Notes: generated by a model not told the origin, from the sequence alone. DNA of 63,974 bases, filler included, from an uncultured Myxococcia bacterium (GCA_964617105.1; 3 parts of 3 records of this genome joined end to end with filler, not necessarily neighbours in it); one strand, 5' to 3'; shown: positions 17,359 through 27,678, counted from the first letter of the whole stretch. Numbers and translations: made by a program.

Positions 17359-19617
17359 ATGAAAAATTTTACTCAGATCATTATTGTATTCACCATGATA
17401 TTATTTCTGGCAGGAGGTATAGATTTGGTTCGGGGACAGGCAGTGTTTGGACCCGCCACAGGTTATGCCGCCGAAAAGAAAGATAAAAAAGAGCAAGAGA
17501 AAGAGAAGAAGAAAAAAAAGAAAAAAAAACGATTATTGATTAAGAAAAAAGATTCCCAGGCCGGCTCAGACAAAAAGATTACCCCCCAAAAAACTAAGAA
17601 GAGTAAAAAATCCCCGGCTAAAAAAAGAAGGATCTTAAAGAAAAAAAGCACTGGCGCTGCGTCTAAAAGTGAGGCGGCAGTAAAAAAAACCGGAAAAAAA
17701 GGGAAGGGCAAAAGAGAAAAGCCCTATGGCGATAATTTGCGCTCAGCCGCTGTCCGGGCCGGCGGCACTGGTCTTTGGCGGGTATCCTCGGCTGACTCAT
17801 CCCCCATCGGTACTCTGCAACTTGGTATTAGTAGCGATTTTTTCACTTCTACCGATTTCTTGATAGAGGGAGATACCACCTCCAGGGCCAGGGGCAAATT
17901 ATCTCTAACCTGGTCTGCCATGGAGCACTTTGAAACCTGGTTCTCTTTGGGCAGTTCATCTACCAGGAACGATATGTCCCATTATTTGGGCTCCAACAAC
18001 ATGATTCAGGCCATGGGAGAGATGGAGTTGGGATTCAAAGGATATTACCGTCCAGTGGAATCGCTGCAGGCGGCAATGATTCTCTCTTTCGGCTTTTTGC
18101 CTGGCGCCGGAGAGATCAGTTTCGATTTAGCCAGCACTCGGATCAAGGTAAATCCCGTGGTGACCTGGAATACCATCGAGATTTACCCCCAGGTTCCTCT
18201 GCGTACCCATCTTAATTTGGGTTTTGTCTTTCAAAACAATGATCAACTGATGGAGCGAAAAATAAATAAGGTGGAAGAGTTTGCTCTGGAGGTACATGCT
18301 TACAATCGTTTTACACCGGGGTTGGGTCTGGAATTCCCTCTCGAATATGTGACTCCTTTCATAGAGTATAATCTTGATATACCTTTAGGGGTAACCGGAG
18401 ATGATCTCTACAAAAGCAAATTGGGAGAACCTGGCGAAGTGGTACCTATCAGCGAACTACTCTCTCAGGCGCTCACTTTTGGAGCCCGGATAACAGCCTT
18501 GAAGGATATAACTTTTCTATTCGCAGTAGAGGTGGGTTTTTCGCCGGTGGAGTTGGCCCTGACCAAGCAGATGATTACTGGCCAGAACGTAACCAATTTG
18601 CCTCCGGCCATGGGTAATCCCAAGGTGGCTAACTACAATATTATCCTGGGTGCCTGTTATGTGTGGGATCCGGTGGTACGAGATAAAGAGGTGATTAAGA
18701 TAAAGACGGTGAAACTGCCTCCCCCGGCCCCTAAATTCGGCACTTTTAAAGGTAAGGTTATAGACAGTAAAACCAAAAAGCCCCTGGGCCATGTGATTGT
18801 CAGTCCCAAGAAAATTTCCGGTTTGTATCCCTTTGCCAGCCATAGCCGTAACGGCAAATTCAGCACTGGTCAGATGGTACCTCCTGGTATTGTGAAGTTT
18901 ACTTTTAAAAAGGACGGTTATTTTGACCGTACTGTGGCCATCAAAGTAGCCGCCGGCCTGGTTACTCCCATGAAAGTGGCGATGAAACCAGCCCCGCCAA
19001 AGGGGCTCATCAAGGGCAAAATCACCGATGGCTTGGGCGCTCCAGTGATAGCCAATATCACCCTCAAAGGTCCCAAAAAATATGAACAGAAAAGTTCAAA
19101 AAAAGATGGGCAGTTTGAAATGGAGGTGCTGGCCGGCACTTATAAGGTGGTCATAAGTGCCAAAAAATATGTTGATTACACCGGAAGGCTGGAGATAAAA
19201 AAAGATGACCGGCTTATCCCTATTTTTCCCTTGATAAAAAGACCCACCTCCAAGCATATTATTATTTTAGAAAACAAAATAGAAGTTAGGCAGGAGATCC
19301 ATTTTAAAAAGGGGAAAGCCTCTTTAATGGCCAAATCAAATAAGATTTTAAGCCAGGTGGTGGATATTCTGAAACAAAATCCCCAGATCAAGAAGTTGAA
19401 GATTGAGGGGCATACCGATAACCGGGGTAAAGCCAAGTTCAACAAATATTTGTCGCAAAAGAGAGCTGAAGCAGTATTGGATTACCTGGTTAATAATGGT
19501 GTAGAGGCCACCCGGCTCACGGCAGTGGGTTACGGCGCCGAAATGCCCATTGCCTCCAACCGCACCCGTTCGGGCCGTAAAAAAAACCGGCGGGTAGAGT
19601 TTATTATCGAAGAATAA
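17359..19617 (+). CDS. OmpA-family outer-membrane protein (Lys-rich linker, putative beta-barrel, carboxypeptidase-regulatory-like domains, OmpA C-terminal domain)
   Basis: Signal peptide; C-terminal IEGHTDNRG, LSQKRAEAV, GYG, NRRVEF; two G.V/I.D-type beta-sandwich repeats. Confidence 0.88.
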   Translation: MKNFTQIIIVFTMILFLAGGIDLVRGQAVFGPATGYAAEKKDKKEQEKEKKKKKKKKRLLIKKKDSQAGSDKKITPQKTKKSKKSPAKKRRILKKKSTGAASKSEAAVKKTGKKGKGKREKPYGDNLRSAAVRAGGTGLWRVSSADSSPIGTLQLGISSDFFTSTDFLIEGDTTSRARGKLSLTWSAMEHFETWFSLGSSSTRNDMSHYLGSNNMIQAMGEMELGFKGYYRPVESLQAAMILSFGFLPGAGEISFDLASTRIKVNPVVTWNTIEIYPQVPLRTHLNLGFVFQNNDQLMERKINKVEEFALEVHAYNRFTPGLGLEFPLEYVTPFIEYNLDIPLGVTGDDLYKSKLGEPGEVVPISELLSQALTFGARITALKDITFLFAVEVGFSPVELALTKQMITGQNVTNLPPAMGNPKVANYNIILGACYVWDPVVRDKEVIKIKTVKLPPPAPKFGTFKGKVIDSKTKKPLGHVIVSPKKISGLYPFASHSRNGKFSTGQMVPPGIVKFTFKKDGYFDRTVAIKVAAGLVTPMKVAMKPAPPKGLIKGKITDGLGAPVIANITLKGPKKYEQKSSKKDGQFEMEVLAGTYKVVISAKKYVDYTGRLEIKKDDRLIPIFPLIKRPTSKHIIILENKIEVRQEIHFKKGKASLMAKSNKILSQVVDILKQNPQIKKLKIEGHTDNRGKAKFNKYLSQKRAEAVLDYLVNNGVEATRLTAVGYGAEMPIASNRTRSGRKKNRRVEFIIEE

Positions 19618-19620
19618 GAA

Positions 19621-20772
19621 GTGGCGCTCCCCATGCGCATATTACAGACATTTGCCTATCATCAACGCACTGGTCCGGCCGATTCCATTATTGCGGTCTC
19701 CAGAGCCCTTAAAGAAACTGGCTGTTTTGTCAAGGTGGCGGTAGATAACCGTCGCCAGGGTAATCTGCCGCAGGTTTTACGCTCCCAGGGACTGGATGCG
19801 GTTGGTAACCTTTCTCTGTCTACTAAATCATCCCCATTGGAGATATTGAGAGATATCATTAGATTTCGAGAATTGATTAAATGCCATCAAATCGAATTGG
19901 TGCACTGTCATTTCAGCCACGATCATGCTGTAGCCGCTCTGGCCAAGGCTTTGGGAGGAATAAAATTTAAACTGATCAGGACCTTGCACAACCAGCGTGG
20001 TCTCAGTCCACGCCCTTTTCAATGGTGGTTACTGCAACGGGCCGATGGCCTGGTGGTCCCTTTAACAGACTATCGAAACAGGTTGCAAAACACCTATAAA
20101 TCTTTGGCTTTGGTGAAAGTTATCAGGCCCGGGGTGGATTTGCAAAGATTTCGTCCGCAGATAAAGTCAGAAGAGATTATTCAGCGTTTTGGTTTAAATA
20201 AAGCCAAGAGGGTTATCGGCATGGTGGCCAGGTTCAACCCCGGCCGGGGGCACGAGAGGTTGCTAAGGGCTTACGCCCAGATGCGCCGGCATATTCCCGG
20301 GACAGTGCTGGCACTGGTGGGCAAGGGACCCAGGTTTGATTATATTAAGAAATTAGCCAGAGATATGGGGATTGCAGATGGGGTTCGGTTTTTAGGGTAT
20401 CATGTGGATACCTTGCCGGCGGTATACAACAGTTTTCACATCAAGGTTCTTCTCCAAGGGGGTAATGATGGCAGTTGCCGGGCTATGCTGGAGGCCATGG
20501 CTTGCGGAGTGCCGGTGTTGGGGGCTGCGCGCGGGGCCATGTCAGCCACCATAGATTCAGGCCAAAACGGTTTTTTAGTGGAAGAGCCCCAAAAAGTGGA
20601 TTGTCTGGCCCACGCCCTGAAAGAAGCACTGTTAAAGGAGAGAGAAGATTTGCATCGAATGGGTGATGATGCCAGATTAAAGGCAGAAGCGAATTATGGA
20701 GAAGATAGATTTTGTCAGCGTATGCTGAATTATTATAATCAGATGATTCATAAAGATTTTGACGGGAACTAA
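19621..20772 (+). CDS. Glycosyltransferase family 4
   Basis: HCHFSHDH, GVDLQRF, GMVARF, RAMLEAMACGVPV, G.NGFLV. Confidence 0.9.
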   Translation: MALPMRILQTFAYHQRTGPADSIIAVSRALKETGCFVKVAVDNRRQGNLPQVLRSQGLDAVGNLSLSTKSSPLEILRDIIRFRELIKCHQIELVHCHFSHDHAVAALAKALGGIKFKLIRTLHNQRGLSPRPFQWWLLQRADGLVVPLTDYRNRLQNTYKSLALVKVIRPGVDLQRFRPQIKSEEIIQRFGLNKAKRVIGMVARFNPGRGHERLLRAYAQMRRHIPGTVLALVGKGPRFDYIKKLARDMGIADGVRFLGYHVDTLPAVYNSFHIKVLLQGGNDGSCRAMLEAMACGVPVLGAARGAMSATIDSGQNGFLVEEPQKVDCLAHALKEALLKEREDLHRMGDDARLKAEANYGEDRFCQRMLNYYNQMIHKDFDGN

Positions 20773-20775
20773 CTG

Positions 20776-21891
20776 GTGCCAGGGAAAGGAAAGTTGTTTT
20801 TGGGTGAACGAAGTAAATATATGGCAGCCAGGATAGTGGGGCGTCTGCTCAATTCAACCACTCCCACTGGTTTGGTTACGGTAAGAGATGATTGGCTGAA
20901 GGCCATGCAAAATATCTTATTGATTCGGATAGATGAGCGGCTGGGGAATAACATTATTACCTTGAAAGTGGCCCAGGAGTTGAAAAAAAATTTTCCCGGG
21001 GTGCAGATAACCTACCTGGCCTGTGAAAGATATGCTGGAGTCATGCAGGGGCAGCCAGGAATAGATCGGGTGCTTTGCTTCAATAAACGTTGGTTCTACT
21101 ATTCTCCCTGGAGGCTTTATTCTCTAATAGAAAAGCTGCAAAAAGAGCGTTTTCATTTGGCTATAGACGCCTCTCACTGGCATACTTTCTCTTTTACTTC
21201 CGCTCTGCTGGCCAAATTTTCAGGCGCCCAGATCATTTTGGGCCATAGTCGCGGTCCCTGGACCTATTATTATCACCTGGCTGCCCAGGTTACTCCCGGC
21301 CTGGAATTGAAGGTAAAGTTGGAGTTGCTGTCACCTTTACAGATCAATATTCAAGAAGAAGATCTCCGGCCTTCCCACTTTTCTCTACGTAATGTTAATA
21401 GAGAGAGGGTATCGCCTGCTTTAGGAGAGTTTTATTTTCGCACCAGTCAGAGAGGAAAAGGGCTGGTTGGTCTTTACCCCGGCGCTCGAAAAGGGGATAG
21501 GCGCTGGCAATTAGACGGTTTGATCCAGTTGGGTCGGAATTTTCAAAAAAAGGGTTACCAAATAGTGGTTCTTTGGGGTCCAGGGGAGGAATCGCTGGCC
21601 CGGCGGCTTTCGCATAAGTTGCATCTTTGGCACCCTCCACTAATGGATGTGAACGAATTAGCAGAGGCCATAGAAAAATTGGATTTGTTTATCTGCCCGG
21701 ATACCGGTCCTTTACATCTGGCCGCCGCTTTGCGAACAAAAGTGGTGGGAATTTTTACCCGGGATGATTATCATCGTTGGGGATATGGGCACAATCCTCT
21801 CTATCGAGGGATTTATACCGGACAAAAAGAGATGCATCAGTTGGTGGAGGAAATTTCGGCAAAAGGGGTGGAGTTGCTGAACTGCAGATGA
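20776..21891 (+). CDS. Glycosyltransferase family 9 (LPS heptosyltransferase-like)
   Basis: ILLIRIDERLGN, PGAR..DRRW, WGPGE, DTGPLHLAAAL. Confidence 0.9.
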   Translation: MPGKGKLFLGERSKYMAARIVGRLLNSTTPTGLVTVRDDWLKAMQNILLIRIDERLGNNIITLKVAQELKKNFPGVQITYLACERYAGVMQGQPGIDRVLCFNKRWFYYSPWRLYSLIEKLQKERFHLAIDASHWHTFSFTSALLAKFSGAQIILGHSRGPWTYYYHLAAQVTPGLELKVKLELLSPLQINIQEEDLRPSHFSLRNVNRERVSPALGEFYFRTSQRGKGLVGLYPGARKGDRRWQLDGLIQLGRNFQKKGYQIVVLWGPGEESLARRLSHKLHLWHPPLMDVNELAEAIEKLDLFICPDTGPLHLAAALRTKVVGIFTRDDYHRWGYGHNPLYRGIYTGQKEMHQLVEEISAKGVELLNCR

Positions 21892-21893
21892 CA

Positions 21894-21975
21894 AAGCGCA
21901 TCGAGAAAGGTCCAGATGCAAGGCAACGTCCCTAAAAGGGATCACCTCTTACGTCGGCGTCAGCAGATTGGTCTT
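21894..21975 (-). repeat. Intergenic repeat family A, inverted copy between convergent genes
   Basis: The reverse complement GACGCCGACGTAAGAGGTGATCCCTTTTAGGGACGTTGC matches 3183-3220 GACGCTGACGTAGGAGGTGATCCCTTTAGGGACGTTGC. Confidence 0.78.
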
Positions 21976-22721
21976 TAGCGATTCGTGACATCCGATTCTA
22001 AATCTTGCTGGCTATCGTTTACTAGAGTCACACCGTGGATTTTACGTTTCTTATAGAATATGACCTCTTCCACCAAACCAACGGCGATATAGGAAGCGCA
22101 CAGATAGATAAAAATAAACATCGGGTTGACCACCTTGGCCACTACCAAACTGAAGGGGAGGAATATAGCCAGGATAATGGTGTTAGAGATTTCATCCCGC
22201 TTTAGACTTAGTTTTTTAAAATTTCTGAATTTAATATTGGAAACCATCATATAAGCCAGAATCAGCGTAAAAACCGTAAGATTCAGCGGTGACCGAATGA
22301 CTGTTTCACCTACATGATGGTTGGCCACCACCAGGGAAGTGATTGTGCCTGCAGCAACTGGGATGGGCAGGCCGATAAAGTGGTATTTGGGAGAGGATTA
22401 ATTGTTGGACATGACGTTGAATCTGGCCAGGCGCAGGGCGCCGCAAGCCAAAAACAGGAAAGAGATGGCAATTCCCAACTTACCATAGGGCTGAAGCGCC
22501 CATTTATATATTAAGATAGATGGAGCTACCCCAAACGAGATCAGGTCGGAAAGGGAATCGAGTTGAACCCCCATATCGCTTTGGGTGTTGGTCAACCTGG
22601 CGATTTTTCCATCGAAGAGGTCGAAAAGTACCGCAAACCAAATAGAAATTGAGGCTTTATACAGGACCGTATGGGATGTATCACCCATGCAAAGTGCTAT
22701 GGCGTAAAAACCGCAAAACAT
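21975..22721 (-). pseudogene. pssA: CDP-diacylglycerol-serine O-phosphatidyltransferase, 5' truncated by the scaffold end, with an in-frame TAA at 22398-22400 (pseudogene or base-call error)
   Basis: DLFDGKIAR, G.QLDSLSDLISFGVAP, LRLARFNV. After the TAA the same frame reads SSPKYHFIGLPIPVAAG and continues into the 118-aa ORF. Confidence 0.85.
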
Positions 22722-22821
22722 NNNNNNNNNNNNNNNNNNNNNNNNNNNNNNNNNNNNNNNNNNNNTTAATTAATTAANNNNNNNNNNNNNNNNNNNNNNN
22801 NNNNNNNNNNNNNNNNNNNNN
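22722..22821. other. Artificial scaffold linker
   Basis: 44 N + TTAATTAATTAA (stops in all six frames) + 44 N. The genes on both sides are truncated. Confidence 0.95.
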
Positions 22822-23298
22822 AACGTGGATGTGAAGCCACCAGGATTGCAAAGCCGGCACCAAAGGGGTTATCTGTTGGCCAGGGATCAAAGAGGCTAAC
22901 CCCAGGGCGGCAATAGCCATGCTCAAACCCAAAAATCCTCCCAATTTGAACTGATATTTTTTCTCAACATAGATATTTACCAACACTATTCCCCAGGAGA
23001 AAAACACCAAAGACTCATACAGGTTGGTAAAGGGAGGATGGCTCATAAAAGTGTTAAACCAGGGCCATCCCTGCAGGATAATTCCTTCGGCTGCCTCAAA
23101 GGCTTCAACTTCTACTATGCCGGCTTCCATCCATCTGATCAGCAATCCCAGGCTGTGAAAACTAAATCCTGCTATGGAGAGATATAGAGATGTCCGATCC
23201 ATTTGCCATCGAGGATTGGCCAAAATAACCAGGTAAAGGGCCAGGGTGATAAAATATATTACCAGGGTTAAAAAAAATAGTTGTTGGCTTATTAGCAT
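22822..23298 (-). CDS. ccsA: Cytochrome c biogenesis protein CcsA/ResC (system II), 3' truncated
   Basis: HPPFTNLYESLVFFSW, PLVPALQSWWLHIHV, multiple TM helices. Confidence 0.9.
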
Positions 23299-23372
23299 AG
23301 GACAATCCAAAAATCCAGTTTGATTCACCCGGATTTACCCGGGGGTTGAGAAGGTAGCGGTTTGACAAAAAT

Positions 23373-23861
23373 CTATTCGGACTTCAGGCTGTGCCGAAAG
23401 TTTAAAAATTTTTTCTCCCAATCAAAGGGTAATAGAGAGGGATCATCTTTGGTATGGCAACGCCAGCAAATCTCCTGACCTTTTTTTCTCAATCCTAAAA
23501 ATTTGGCCAGCACCTTGTCTTTCATAATGTTGGAGCGCTGGTAAAAATGCCCTGCTCCATGACAACTCTCACATTGAACACCCTGTAAATGTTCCTTTTG
23601 TCCCAGGCTATGGCAAAAAAGACAACGGTTATTTTGACGATATTTTGGGGGTAAAACCTGGTGGCTCTTGGCATGAGGCGTGTTTTCCCATACCTGAAAT
23701 TGAGTCTCATGACAAGATCGGCAACTTTCCGCTCCAACTCGGGTATCCAAAGGGTAAAAAGCAGATAAAAGAGGCGATGGCAAAAAGAATATCATCAATA
23801 TGACCATGGCCAAAGATAATGCTACTATAATTGGTATTTTGAATATTCTGGAAACTCTCAT
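23373..23861 (-). CDS. Membrane-anchored tetraheme cytochrome c (c554-like)
   Basis: N-terminal hydrophobic segment; CRSCH, CLFCH, CESCH and CWRCH; VGAESC, W..TPHAKS, GVQCESCHG.G. ATGA overlap with the upstream gene. Confidence 0.87.
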   Translation of the reverse strand: MRVSRIFKIPIIVALSLAMVILMIFFLPSPLLSAFYPLDTRVGAESCRSCHETQFQVWENTPHAKSHQVLPPKYRQNNRCLFCHSLGQKEHLQGVQCESCHGAGHFYQRSNIMKDKVLAKFLGLRKKGQEICWRCHTKDDPSLLPFDWEKKFLNFRHSLKSE

Positions 23862-25489
23862 GAGATCAACTGTATCCCCCATTTGAGATTCTCCAGCATA
23901 ATAACTATGGAATAGAAGGCAAAGGCCAATACCCCTAACAGCACCACAATCATGGCAATAGACTGATAACTGGCCATGCTGCCGCCGGCTATCAGCCGGT
24001 GGGTCTTAATATAACTCTTAATGGCAAAATAAAAGATCAAACTGATTACCACCAGGGCAAAGAGCAATATTATGGTGCTTATTTTTGACTGCAACCGCGT
24101 TTTCCTCTCGTCCAAATGGGATTGCCTTAATGTAAAGGTGTCGAGCACCAGAGATTTTTGTGGATAGTTGGTTTTGATACGCTGCATAACCGCGGTCACG
24201 GTCTGTTCCAGCATCATTTTTTCGGTCTGTTTCTGCTCCACCAAATCTTTGACCAGGTCAAACACTTTTGCCCCACCGGAGAGGAGTTGAATATCCTGAA
24301 CCAGGTCGTCCAATTTGTCCACTTTGGTCATAGCACCGGAAAGAAAGACTAACCGGGTATTCTCATTGCCCGTCGGCACATTAAAATTGAGAAATATACG
24401 GGCTGCTAAAAAACCTTTCATCTGCCGCGGCACTTTAAAGGTGAAAGAGCCGGTGCCCTCCACAATCGGCCCCACCTTGTTCATTATTTTAATCCCTTTG
24501 TAGTAAAGATCCATGAACATTTCACCCTTTAACCTCAAAGTTTCAAAGAATACTTCCACATCCTGTCCCTTGGGGAAGATGGTTTTTTCCACCATGCTGA
24601 TAATCTGGCTGTGGCCTGGAGCCACCTCGATGCTGCCAGAAATTTTAGCTTTTTTTCCATCACTGGCGTTGATGAATAACCTTTCCGCTAATTTGGGAAA
24701 AAACTGAAAAACCCCCAGCCCGGTATGTTCATTGGTATAGATGGTATTTTTTATGCCCCTGACCTGAACTTCGGCGTAGATTGGATTGCCATCCAGGTCT
24801 CTGGCTAATACCAATACCGTGTTGTTCAAATTTGGCAGCAGAATACCGCTCTCAGGATATATGGTTAGGTTAAAGGTGGTTCTTTCCTCTTTCTCCTTTT
24901 TTGCTTTTTTTTCACCCTGATCATCACCTTTTTTCTCAGTCATTTTCAGCATGCCGCCCAAAGTATGATAATCAACATCCTCATCCTTTAGAGAAAGAAA
25001 ATTACCAGTAGGAAAAGATTTCAAAATCTCTACCGGTACTTCGGTGCTGTCCTCTCCCTTGGGAAATTTAACTGCCACCCGCAAAGTATATCTCCCGGGC
25101 GGAAGTTTTGGAGTGGTAAAGTTGGCCTCCAGAGTTCGGCCCCTGGGCTCTTCACCCTGAAAAAGTTCAATAGGCTCCATCCCCTGGCGCAGCAATTCTA
25201 TGGTGCCCTGAATTCCTATAGAGAAACGGTTCAGGGAGTTGTCAAATATCGCCACCCTCAGGCAGGAAGGCTCTCCAGCCACCATTTTGCCGGGTCCGTA
25301 TAAGCGCATGGAAAAGGGAACCGAACGGGTAGAGATGTAAATAGAAAAACAGATCAGCAATGAAAGCACCGCCATGGTCAAACCCACTGCCACTTTTACT
25401 ATGGTGTCTTTGGGACTGTAGGTGTTTTCTTGGGTGTCATCTTCCTGCTCATTAAAATCATCATCATCAATTTCATATTGATTCGCCAT
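23858..25489 (-). CDS. Membrane protein with a large periplasmic Ig/macroglobulin-like region, function unknown
   Basis: Acidic N-terminus, one TM, beta-rich region (GPGKMVAGEPSCLRV, PKLPPGRYTLRV, IYPESG.L, TNEHTGLGVFQF) and two C-terminal TMs. Confidence 0.55.
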   Translation of the reverse strand: MANQYEIDDDDFNEQEDDTQENTYSPKDTIVKVAVGLTMAVLSLLICFSIYISTRSVPFSMRLYGPGKMVAGEPSCLRVAIFDNSLNRFSIGIQGTIELLRQGMEPIELFQGEEPRGRTLEANFTTPKLPPGRYTLRVAVKFPKGEDSTEVPVEILKSFPTGNFLSLKDEDVDYHTLGGMLKMTEKKGDDQGEKKAKKEKEERTTFNLTIYPESGILLPNLNNTVLVLARDLDGNPIYAEVQVRGIKNTIYTNEHTGLGVFQFFPKLAERLFINASDGKKAKISGSIEVAPGHSQIISMVEKTIFPKGQDVEVFFETLRLKGEMFMDLYYKGIKIMNKVGPIVEGTGSFTFKVPRQMKGFLAARIFLNFNVPTGNENTRLVFLSGAMTKVDKLDDLVQDIQLLSGGAKVFDLVKDLVEQKQTEKMMLEQTVTAVMQRIKTNYPQKSLVLDTFTLRQSHLDERKTRLQSKISTIILLFALVVISLIFYFAIKSYIKTHRLIAGGSMASYQSIAMIVVLLGVLAFAFYSIVIMLENLKWGIQLIS

Positions 25490-25547
25490 TTTATCTCCCA
25501 AATAAGGTAAACATTATAAAAACTCCGCCTGAAAAGCGGCTTAAATA

Positions 25548-26900
25548 TCACTTAACACAGCGAAATCCGATATGGTTGAACTTAAAATCGGGCCAATTGC
25601 CTCCGCGGCTAAAAGTGCTCAAATACCTCTCTATACTATCCCAGCCTCCACCGCGCAGCACCTTCAGTTCGCATTCCGCTTCCTGATCACTATAATTATC
25701 ACCGGTCAGGGTGCTGTAATTCTTTTTATAACAATCACTGGTCCATTCCCAGACATTACCGGCCATATCGCAAATTCCCAGAGGAGTACTTCCGCTGGAT
25801 TTGCTGCAAACCGGCCAGGTATGGCCTTTGCCGCAGCCATTGCCCTGAAAATCCATTACCGCATATTGACATGAAGCCCGCTGATTACCCCAGGGATATT
25901 TGTGATTTCGGCCGCCCTTGGCTGCACATTCCCATTCTGCCTCGGTAGGCAACCGTCCTCCAATCCAATTACAAAAAGCATCGGCCTGGCGCCAATTGAC
26001 GCAATTAACCGGATGTTGTTCAAAGCCCTCCCTGACCCAGTTGCAATTTTCCCCGGTGTCGGGCTGAGAACATTTACCCTGTTGAACACATTTTTTATAC
26101 TGTTCTACGGTAATTTCTGTCTGAGTAATTTTAAAAGGCTTTAATCTTACTTTGAAGACGATTCTCTCATCAGCCTCCCCCTGGTCTGAACCCATAAAAA
26201 ATACCCCCCCGGTGATAGAACGCCAAATAATTTGCCTGGATATCCTGGGACGGCCCTCTCTATTGCCAAGTGGTTTATCTTTGACCACCACTCCACTACT
26301 CAGAGGTTGAGAATGTCTGAACTCCAACAGAGCCATGGCTGCCATATCTACTTTGGGCAACAAATCTATCAACTTGCAATTATCGCAGCGTATGGTTTTG
26401 CTGTTGAGTTTTTGTCCTTTTTTCAGGTCAACCAGGGTGAGCGTGATCTGGTACAGAGATTGAGAATGGATAATTTTACCCTGAACCGATTTTTTTATCC
26501 CCATCAGCCGGCCAATTTTGGACAGGCATTTAAAGGCGCTTAGTTCCCGGCAAATCTTTTTTACGCTGACTTTTTTTCCGCTTTTCCACTCCAAATATTT
26601 AATCTGTCGCAACTCATCCTCTCCCTTTACCCTAAATTGGCCCAACTGAACCGCTATGGAGTTAACAGCGTCACTTAACAGATTTTTTTCGTTATCTAAG
26701 CAGCCTACACAACCAAACGGACCAACAAGCAATCTTGGTTTAAGATTTTTACTTTTTGCCAGTGCGCAAGGAACGAAGACAAGTAGATAAACCAGAAAAT
26801 AAACCAACAGGAAAATAAACCATATTTTCCGGCAATCAGGAGTGATTTTGTGGTTAATTATTTTTAAGATCGATTTCTGCATAACCCTTATTTTTATCAT
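25548..26900 (-). CDS. Formylglycine-generating enzyme (SUMF1/FGE-sulfatase) domain protein
   Basis: FFMGS, TEITVEQY, HPVNCVNW..A..FC.W.GGRLPTEAEWE, DMAGNVWEW, RGGGW, GFRC. Confidence 0.9.
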   Translation of the reverse strand: MIKIRVMQKSILKIINHKITPDCRKIWFIFLLVYFLVYLLVFVPCALAKSKNLKPRLLVGPFGCVGCLDNEKNLLSDAVNSIAVQLGQFRVKGEDELRQIKYLEWKSGKKVSVKKICRELSAFKCLSKIGRLMGIKKSVQGKIIHSQSLYQITLTLVDLKKGQKLNSKTIRCDNCKLIDLLPKVDMAAMALLEFRHSQPLSSGVVVKDKPLGNREGRPRISRQIIWRSITGGVFFMGSDQGEADERIVFKVRLKPFKITQTEITVEQYKKCVQQGKCSQPDTGENCNWVREGFEQHPVNCVNWRQADAFCNWIGGRLPTEAEWECAAKGGRNHKYPWGNQRASCQYAVMDFQGNGCGKGHTWPVCSKSSGSTPLGICDMAGNVWEWTSDCYKKNYSTLTGDNYSDQEAECELKVLRGGGWDSIERYLSTFSRGGNWPDFKFNHIGFRCVK

Positions 26901-26904
26901 ATAT

Positions 26905-27678
26905 TTATTTTTCAGACAATAGCATCCGGTTCACTTCTTCTGTATATATATTCTCCTTTTGATAGATATACAACGGCTTTTCCACTTCCATTTGAACACC
27001 GCCCCCCTGACAGCACTCCAACAGGATAAGTTTGGCGCCGCTATTCGGGTTGCTGTGGACCATCCTCAGTCGCCGGGGCTCCAGATTATTGCTGCGCATG
27101 GTATAGATCATATCGGCTAATCGGGAGGCCGGATAGATTAGCACCAGTTTCCCCTTTGGTCTTATCAGAAAAGAGGCGATTTGGGCCAACTCCTCCAGAG
27201 AGCAAAGCACTTCGTGACGGGCGATGGCTTTCTCGGCCCTGGGATTTATGCGGCCACTTTTTATTTTCCGAAAGGGGGGATTGGTAACTACCAGGTCATA
27301 GGAGTTGGCCGGGCATATATCTTTAAGTTGCCGCAAATCCAAATGCCATATTTCGACTTGCGATTGCATTTGGTTAATCTCAACATTTCTCCCGGCCATC
27401 TGGAAAAGCCGCTCTTGCACCTCCACGCCCACGACTTTTCCCACTACTCCCCTTTTAACCAATAACATAGGAATCACGCCACATCCAGTGCCCAAATCGA
27501 TCACTTTTGGAGCAAAATCACCAATGAAAAAACTAACCAGAACAGCATCAATGGAAAAACGGTAACCCTGTCGGGGCTGGATAAACTTCAACTCACCCGC
27601 CAACTGGTCTAAGGTTTCATCATCACTTAGTTTTATGTTGTTGATTGAAGAATTGACGGCCAAGTTCATTATAGACAC
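26905..27678 (-). CDS. tRNA1(Val) adenine(37)-N6-methyltransferase (TrmN6/YfiC family)
   Basis: QPRQGYRFSIDAVL, DLGTGCG, NPPF, AIARHE. Confidence 0.88.
   Translation of the reverse strand: MSIMNLAVNSSINNIKLSDDETLDQLAGELKFIQPRQGYRFSIDAVLVSFFIGDFAPKVIDLGTGCGVIPMLLVKRGVVGKVVGVEVQERLFQMAGRNVEINQMQSQVEIWHLDLRQLKDICPANSYDLVVTNPPFRKIKSGRINPRAEKAIARHEVLCSLEELAQIASFLIRPKGKLVLIYPASRLADMIYTMRSNNLEPRRLRMVHSNPNSGAKLILLECCQGGGVQMEVEKPLYIYQKENIYTEEVNRMLLSEK

Noticed and set aside
22398-22400. Stop-codon recoding (Sec, Pyl or alternative genetic code) in pssA
   Set aside because: The codon is TAA, which ends many genes in this window, and no other gene needs read-through.
22766-22777. TTAATTAATTAA as a biological motif (also at 45583-45594)
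   Set aside because: It is centred in symmetric N runs; it is an artificial six-frame-stop linker.
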